From Eledone cirrhosa (taxonomy: Eukaryota), in the NCBI GenBank assembly GCA_964016885.1, contig OZ024740.1, forward strand, positions 63,488,001 to 63,552,000: 64,000 nt of DNA, read 5' to 3'. Of the stretch, positions 55,671-64,000 are shown in pieces. The notes below the pieces were generated by a model that made no database searches, was not told the origin of the DNA, and was given only the letters and a program-made list of their open reading frames with translations. Numbering within the stretch: position 1 is the first letter of the stretch; every line of letters begins with the position of its first letter. Made by a program: the position numbers and the translations under genes.

Positions 55671-56155
55671 AAATAACACTAGTCAAAATATTAGATTAAA
55701 ATATATGATGTCTTTTTAAGAACTAACTGGATCGAACATGTGTCTTAGGTTTTTTGGGTATGGTGTGGTGTGCGGTGGCCGGAGGTTGGGGAGTGTTCGA
55801 CCGGAAGAGTGCTTGAACGGAAGGGTGCTTGGCCGGAAGGGTGTTCGACCGGAAGGGCCATCAGGTCGGTCTCTCTCTAGGGTGATCAGCGAACGTGGTG
55901 GACGTCAGTTTTGCAGCTCCCGGTTAACGAGTTGGATTGTATGCTCAAGGGAGAGGAGAAACCAGCCATTGGACTAGCGGCGCCTGCGAAAGCGGTAAGT
56001 GAAGTAGCTTTTTCTAACCACAAGCTATTTCGGCACTGGAAACTGAGATCTGATTGATCAAAAAAAAAACAAAACTTTCTCGAAAACAAAGCTGCTGGAA
56101 AAACAGAGAGGAATCTGTTGTTTTTTTATTACTTACCGCAAGTCAAAATTAGGAT

Positions 56156-56896
56156 ATGGCCACGAGATTACGAATGAGCGAAGCGATTTGGGCATTTACC
56201 GGTGAAGGCGATGTTGTCGCTTGGCTGCGAAAAGTCCGGCTGGTCGCAAGCTTACAGAAGATAGAAGATGTGGCTGGCCTCATGGCACTGTACCTCGAGG
56301 GGGATGCGTTGGCACTCTTCCTAGAGATGGATGAACACAGCCAAAGGGATGCGCAAAAGATTGAGAGGCGCATGATGGAAGCGTTCGCGGTAGGACCGTT
56401 AGCCGATTTTGCTAAGCTGGCAAGAATTAGATGGAACGGTGAACGCGTTGATATTTTCGCAGCGGAAATACGGCGATTGGCCATGTTGGCTGGATATCAG
56501 GTGGAATGCGAACGCACGGTGCGGTTGGCGTTCATAAATGGATTTCCAGACGACATAGCGGTGAAACTGCAAGTCCCGGGTTATAAATAGATGGAGATGC
56601 GTGCACTGGTGGAGCAAGCCCGCATCATATCAGCAGATGCCAAGAAGAGTGTCGCGGCGATAGCAATTACAGAGGCCCAAGGCAGCTGGCAGCGAAATGG
56701 TGAAAGGGAGGCAACCACGGCACGCGGTCGCCCGCGAACGTTTAGAGGTCGCTGTTTTAGGTGCCAGGGCCCGCACATGGCGAGAGACTGTAGAGATTCA
56801 AGGCCGGAAAAAATATGCTACCGGTGTAAGCGACCAGGCCACATCGCTACTAGCTGCGACCAGGGAACGATCCAAGGGGAACTACTGCGCTGGTAG
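56156..56896 (+). pseudogene. Gag with two zinc knuckles and an in-frame stop at 56588-56590
   Basis: FTGEGDVVAWL.., AFINGFP, CFRCQGPHMARDC, CYRCKRPGHIATSC. Confidence 0.85.
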
Positions 56897-59664
56897 TTGC
56901 CCCTTACGAGTAGAGGCGCTGCCCGTGAGAGGAAAGCCACAGCGAGCCCTCGTGGACACGGGCTGTACGACGATACTGGTGACCGCGGGGGTGGCGCAGA
57001 GGTGGAGAGGGAAGAGCAGCGTAAGGGCAGTCGACGGTAGGAAAATTGAATGCCGAGGTCGCAGCGAGGTCGAGATGGCGGTACGGGGAAAGAAAATAAG
57101 GTTTTCTGCCATCGTAGTCGACAACGTGGTGGTGGATGGGATCGGCGTAGTTATGGGCATGGACGCAATTGGCCGTCTAGGAGGTGTCACAGTGAACAAC
57201 GTCGGTGTGTCATTTGGCGGCGCCGCATCGGTATGTGCTGTGAGTACGCGACAGGAGAACCAGAAGGCCCACGAGGAGAAATACCCCGCTTACACTGTGC
57301 AGGACAAAGACTTCAAGGCCGTGTTCGATTGGTTGTTGAGTGGTACTGGAAGGGAGAACCACCAACACTGAAGACCAAAGTGGGCTGCTATCAACACACA
57401 TTGAAGGGAGACATTAGGAGCGAGTTCGAGCGAGAGGTAGAGAGATGGATTGAGGAGGGCATACTGCTTCCCTGGAAAGAGGAGGTGAAGTGCGGAGTAT
57501 TGCCGTTAATGGCGGTGGCGCATCCCACGAAGAACAAGGTGAGGCCGGTACTGGACTTTCGGGAGCTGAACGAGCACGTGTCATGCCACACGGGTGGTGA
57601 GGTCACGGATGTCTGTGGGGAATCCCTGCGTGAGTGGAGATGCATGGCGGGGGACGGGTTCCGCAATTGTAGATCTAAAGTCGGCATACTTAAAATGACA
57701 TATAGATGAGAAGCTCTGGCAGTATCAGCTGGTCAGGTATAAGCGCCGGACATATTGTCTGACCAGGCTCGGTTTCGGGCTTAGCTCTGCACCGAAGATC
57801 ATGGCGGCGGTTCTCAAAACCATTCTGGGAAAGGCCGACAAGATGAAGAGGGCCACTAATTCCTACATTGACGACATCCTAGTGGACGAGTCTGTAGTGT
57901 CGGCGGCGGAGGTCACGAGCCATTTAAAGGGGTATGGAATGGAAGCGAAGCCGTCAGAAGCGTTGGAGGGAGGAGCCGCGCTGGGACTTAGGCTCCGGCG
58001 AGACAGGACGGGCGTGTTAGTATTCCAGAGGGGAAATGAAGTTCCAGAACTGGGCCCAAGTATGAGTAGGCGAGAGCTTTTCTCGGCGTGTGGAAAGTTG
58101 GTGGGTCACTACCCGATTGCTGGGTGGCTCCGGACGGCATGCAGCTATGTCAAGAGACGAGCGGGCGGGGTGACTTGGAGTGGGAGAGAGGATGGTGGCC
58201 ATGATGCAGGAGATCGTGGAGAGGGTGAAGGCCAACGACCCAGTGCTGGGACGCTGGTATGTTCCCAAATCGCAGAGCGGGACCGTATGGTGCGATGCCA
58301 GCAGCGTAGCGCTGGGTGTCACGTTGGAGATAGGAGGTGTTGAGGTCGAGGATGCAGCCTGGCTTAGGAAGAAGGACGACTGCAATCACATCAATGTGGC
58401 TGAACTGGACGCGGTGTTGAGAGGGTGAACCTCGCCCTGAGGTGGGGACTGCGCACCATCGAGATATGCACCGACTCGGCTACTGTACTCAGATGGGTGA
58501 GATCAGTGCTCACCAGGGAGAAGAGAGTGCGAACGAGAGGGGCGGCGGAGATGCTGATAAAGCGCCGCCTGGGAACTTTAGGAGAGCTGGCCACCGAGTT
58601 CGACCTGAGGTTGAGCGTAGTTTTCGTGCCCCCAGAGAAAAATAGGGCGGACGTTTTAACCAGGGTGAAGAAAGCCTGGATGGAAGCGCCGGAGGGGGTA
58701 GAAGAGGAGATAGCTGCCGTGTGTCGGCTGACCGAGTCGGATCTGAAAAGGTTGCATGACATGCACCACATGGGAGTGGATAGGACTCTGTTCCTAGCCA
58801 GGAGAATCAACTCGGACGTTAACAAACACAGTGTTCAAAGAGTGGTTAGAGGCTGCGTCCGATGTCAGTCCATTGATCCCGCTCCGGGTGTGCAGGAAAC
58901 TGGAAGCCTCCCGGTGGATCGCTACTGGAAGCGATTGGCGGTGGATGTAACACACTACCGACAGGGAACATACCTCTCAATGGTCGTCTGTGGACCGGGA
59001 CGGATGGCGATATGGAGGGAGATGAAGACTGGAACGGCCGAGGAAATCATACGGACGTTGAGAGAGGTGTTCTTGGAGCGGAGCCCTGTGGACGAACTGT
59101 TGATGGACAACAGCGCAGTGTTCCGCTCGGAGGCGCTGAGGGAGATGGAAGGTGGACCGTTTCTTCAGAGCAGTGTACAGGCCGAGCGGAAATAGAATCG
59201 TGGAGCGACACCACCGGACGATCAAAGCAATGGCGGAGCGGGGCCACATCTCACCAATGGAGGCAGTGTTCTGGTACAACATGTCTCCTCGGGTGGGACA
59301 GGTTGAGGAATCGGTGCCACTCAGAGCAGTATTCAGATACGAGTGGCGACACCCGTGCACGCCACCACAACGGCCAGTGGGGAGAGAGAATGCATTCGTG
59401 TAGGTGGGCGAAGAAGTCTGGGTTAAGCCCCCAGATGCACGTTGCACATCTCAATGGGGAAGGGGAACGGTGACGGCCGTAAATTCCCAGAACAATGTGT
59501 CCGTGGACGGAGTACCACGTCATATCCTGGATGTCCGTAGAATTACTGTGTCAACGGACTCCGAGGGAGAGGAAACCCAAAGTGCCGCCCCAACACTGCG
59601 GAGATCGCAAACCACCAACCTGGACAGCAGACTTTCATATGCAGAAGGACGAGAGGGAAATTGA
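56880..59664 (+). pseudogene. Pol (protease, RT, RNase H, integrase) with several frameshifts and stops
   Basis: LVDTGC; RPVLDFRELN; LGFGLSSAP; YIDDILV; WCDAS..AELDAV..CTDS; HDMHH..CVRC; AVDVTH..MDN..VERHHRT. Confidence 0.9.
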
Positions 59665-59998
59665 TCCTTGAGATCAGGGGGGGGGGGTGTATGGTGTGGT
59701 GTGCGGTGTGCGGTGGCCGGAAGCTGGGGAGTGCTAGACCGGAAGAGTGCTTGATCGGAAGGGTGCTTGGCCGGAAGGGTGCTCGACCGGAAGGGCCAGC
59801 AGGTCGGTCTCTCTCTAGGGTGATCAGCGAACGTGGTGGACGTCAGTTTTGCAGCTCCCGGTTAACGAGTTGGATTGTACGCACGTGGGAGAGGAGAAAC
59901 CAGCCATTGGACTAGCGGTGCCTGCGGTAAGTGAAGTAGCTTTTTCTAACCACAGGTTTGACACTCGTTTTCTTTTCGCAGACACTTTATTATATAAA

Positions 59999-60192
59999 GG
60001 CGGTGGATTGGCAGTATCGGTAGAGGGTCGGACGCCATGTTTTCCAGCATAGTTACGTCCCTTTACGATCTGAGTTCAAATCCAGCCGAGGTTGACTTTG
60101 CCTTTCATCCTTACGGGGTCGATAAAATAAAGTACCAGTAATATACTGGGATATATTGGCTGGCCTTGTGCCAAAAGTAGAAACATTATTAG
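59999..60192 (+). mobile_element. Nin/Deu-like tRNA SINE
   Basis: ggcggtggattggcagtatcggtaga head, ctgagttcaaatcc B-box, gcctttcatccttacggggtcgataaaataaagtaccag. Confidence 0.85.
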
Positions 60193-60739
60193 TATTCGTT
60201 TTTCTCCAACAAAGATTCATACTTATATCCCGGGGTTAACGAAAATGATATTAAGTCACTTTTAAGCTCATCCTACTCCAACCCTATTGACTAATAAACA
60301 TATAGATGCGATGTTTACGTAAAATAAACACAAGAGGTAGTTTCACACACATTGAGACGGACAGACACACACATACACACACACACACAGCGAGAGAGAG
60401 TGAGTGACAGAGAAAGAAAAGAGAAGCCAAATTTGTATTCATATAATTAATTACTACATGGACGTAATAGACGTAACAGGTTAAACACATACAAACACGA
60501 ACACATACATGTATGTCTGCTCCTTGGTGCACAAGTGGTTAGAGTTATTGTGAAAGCATGTATGTATTCGCTGTATTTACACTGGATATGTTGTTAATAT
60601 ATATATATATATGCAGAGGTTATATTTAATTTGTTGGGATTCAACAAGCTTAAACATTTTTATAACTGATATAAAGCACTCAACAGCATTGTGGAGTAAA
60701 TATTCAATATATATATTTTGTATATATATATTTTATATA

Positions 60740-60806
<67 letters not shown>

Positions 60807-60918
60807 AAATTAAATTAAGGGTGTCATGTCAGAGGGACATGCGCCATATCCACTGTAGAATATGCTCCAAGATTCCAAAAAATAGATCCGAGCATTTTAT
60901 ATCAACTAGAAATTGATT

Positions 60919-60980
<62 letters not shown>

Positions 60981-61024
60981 AAATAAACATATGAAACAAT
61001 CACAGGGAATAATTTGTAAAAGTG

Positions 61025-61085
61025 TGGTCCAGAAATAGCCGTCGAAACGGCTTGATCTCTGCCGTCGGGGTCATACCGTTTCCTA
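61025..61085 (+). repeat. Short insert with the 3' half of a hammerhead (same family as 54016-54095)
   Basis: tggtccagaaatagccgtc-GAAA-cggc ttgatctct gccg-TC-ggggtcatac, flanked by (TA)n. Confidence 0.7.
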
Positions 61086-61435
61086 TATATATATAAATAT
61101 ATATATATATGTATGTATGTATATATGTATGTATGTATGTAAGTACGTATGTAAGTATGTATGCAAGCGTGTATAAACTAGTCCGTCCATGCATCAACAA
61201 CATAACACAAATAACACCATACAGTTATTGTTAGTATAGTAAGAGCTGCATAATGATGCAGACATAAATGCCTGCAAAACACTCTTATACACAAACACAC
61301 TATCAAATGCACATTACGCGCATGCCTGTACATTCACATGCACGCTCATGCACATAGATGTGAACACAACTGATGCTTACATGTAACACTGCACGTTTTT
61401 AGCTAGAAAACATTATATACATACATACAAACACC

Positions 61436-61473
<38 letters not shown>

Positions 61474-61503
61474 CAAATATATATATAGAGAGAGAAAGAG
61501 CGT

Positions 61504-61542
<39 letters not shown>

Positions 61543-61682
61543 AGAGAGAGAGATAGATAGATAGAGAGGGGGAGGGGGGAGAGAGCGAGATAAATAAATA
61601 GATAGAGAGATAGAGAGAGAAAGAGAGAAAGTGAAGAGAGAGATACAAGCGAGATTGTCAGAGACGATAGGAGATGGAATAA

Positions 61683-61966
61683 TAATTGTTTCTACTTTTG
61701 ATACAAGGCCAGGCCAGCAATTACCCAGTACATTACTGGTACTTTATTTTATCGACCCTGTAAGGATGAAAGGCAAAGTTAACCTTGGCGCGATTTGAAC
61801 TCAGAATGGCAAGGGCCGTAACTCTATGCGTCAAAGCATAGTGTCCGACTCTCTACCTATACTGCCAATTCGCGACCCTCTATCGATACTGCCAATTCAC
61901 TACCAATTAATAATAATAATAATTGTTTCTACTTTAGGCACAAGGCCAGCAATTATCCAGTACATT
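61683..61966 (-). mobile_element. Nin/Deu-like tRNA SINE plus a partial second tail
   Basis: Matches 55485-55670. The tail aattgtttctact..gcacaaggccagcaatta is repeated at 61921. Confidence 0.85.
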
Positions 61967-62394
61967 AATAATAATAATAATAAATAAAAATACACATATA
62001 TACGTGAATATATATTTAATATAAATATTAAAAAAAATATATTGTATTTACATAAATATACATACATGCAAATAGACGCGCATGGACAGAACTAAATGGA
62101 AGAGCTTATGTACACTGACAAAGTTTAAACACAGATTTCTAAGTTTCTTTATTCAATAAGAAGACTATTTGTTGATATTTATTTGACAATCAATTTGAAC
62201 AATGCTAGTGAGAGGGATAATGCTAGTGAGAGGGATGGAAGTAAATTCTTTGATGAAGTGACGTTTTTACTGGGCTACAGTCTGTTTTCTTAAAGAGTTG
62301 AGCGTGTATATATTGTGGATGCAATGGTGGAAATAAGAAAAAAAATAATAAGTAAGTATTACATCTTTTATTTCATATCTATCTATCTATCTAC

Positions 62395-62452
<58 letters not shown>

Positions 62453-62459
62453 CTCTCTG

Positions 62460-62526
<67 letters not shown>

Positions 62527-62621
62527 ATATTCATACATACATACACACCCACTCTCTCTTACACGCACATACACACACACTCACACACTCACACACACAC
62601 ACATATATATATATATTTATG

Positions 62622-62711
<90 letters not shown>

Positions 62712-62840
62712 AATATATATATATATATATATATACATATATATACATATATTTATAAATATATATATATATATACTGTGTTAATAAAAGTCTACTTGTT
62801 CATTTCACCTATACGTACATTCATATACAACAATATATCC

Positions 62841-63376
<536 letters not shown>

Positions 63377-63507
63377 TGACTCTGTATTCCGTTTATCTTT
63401 CACCGAAAGTGATTTTTCATTGCATCTCTTCTTTCCATGATATCCGGATTACATTGAGTTCTTCATACGGATTGGACACTACCGTAAACTCTTGGTAGAT
63501 TTATCTA

Positions 63508-63558
<51 letters not shown>

Positions 63559-63583
63559 ATATACATATATATATACATATATT

Positions 63584-63615
<32 letters not shown>

Positions 63616-63682
63616 GTGTGTGTTAATAAAAGTCTACCTGTTCATTTCACCTATACGTAGATTCATATACAACAATATATAC

Positions 63683-63793
<111 letters not shown>

Positions 63794-64000
63794 AATATAT
63801 GTATATATATATAGAGGTTTACATATACATAAACTAGACAGAGCTATATATATATATGTTTTTTGGCAACCATTCACGGTGTGGCTCAATGACGAATTAA
63901 TTAATTAAATAATTAACAATCAGAGCAATATATAAGAAAGTAAGTCCTTAGAATCATTTGATAAAATATATACAGTATATATACAGTATATATACAGAAG

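Larger units (their letters stand above)
55757..59954 (+). mobile_element. Compact (4.2 kb) Ty3/Gypsy LTR retrotransposon
   Basis: LTRs at 55757-56022 and 59688-59954 (TG..CA in the 3' LTR), ~13 substitutions plus 2 indels by eye. Polypurine tract agggggggggggg before the 3' LTR. Order gag-PR-RT-RH-IN. Confidence 0.95.

Overview
AT-rich, microsatellite-laden animal genomic DNA. The SINE and LINE families suggest an octopus or other cephalopod (inferred, not searched). No host protein-coding gene is convincingly visible. Positions 1-~25050 are a tandem satellite of ~0.9-kb monomers (27 full copies plus a decayed end), built from three ~200-bp sub-repeats and arranged in an irregular (AB)nC higher-order pattern. 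The remainder is mostly transposon sequence: a near-complete RTE LINE with an internal PHD-like finger and CORE-type SINEs sharing its 3' tail; a Helitron-like non-autonomous element; a Merlin (IS1595/ISXO2-like) transposon; Tx1, CR1, RTE, DD41D-mariner and possible DIRS relics; a Naiad-type Penelope-like element (PLE) with inverted pseudo-LTRs; a compact Ty3/Gypsy element; and several Nin/Deu-like SINEs. The most notable signal is a recurring set of fold-back palindromes embedded in (TA)n tracts, several carrying minimal type-I hammerhead ribozyme motifs. The motif at 63033-63180 (-) has a canonical core and a very long stem II. The motif at 47097-47143 (-) lies in the PLE pseudo-LTR. All alignments and folds were done by eye and no database searches were run.
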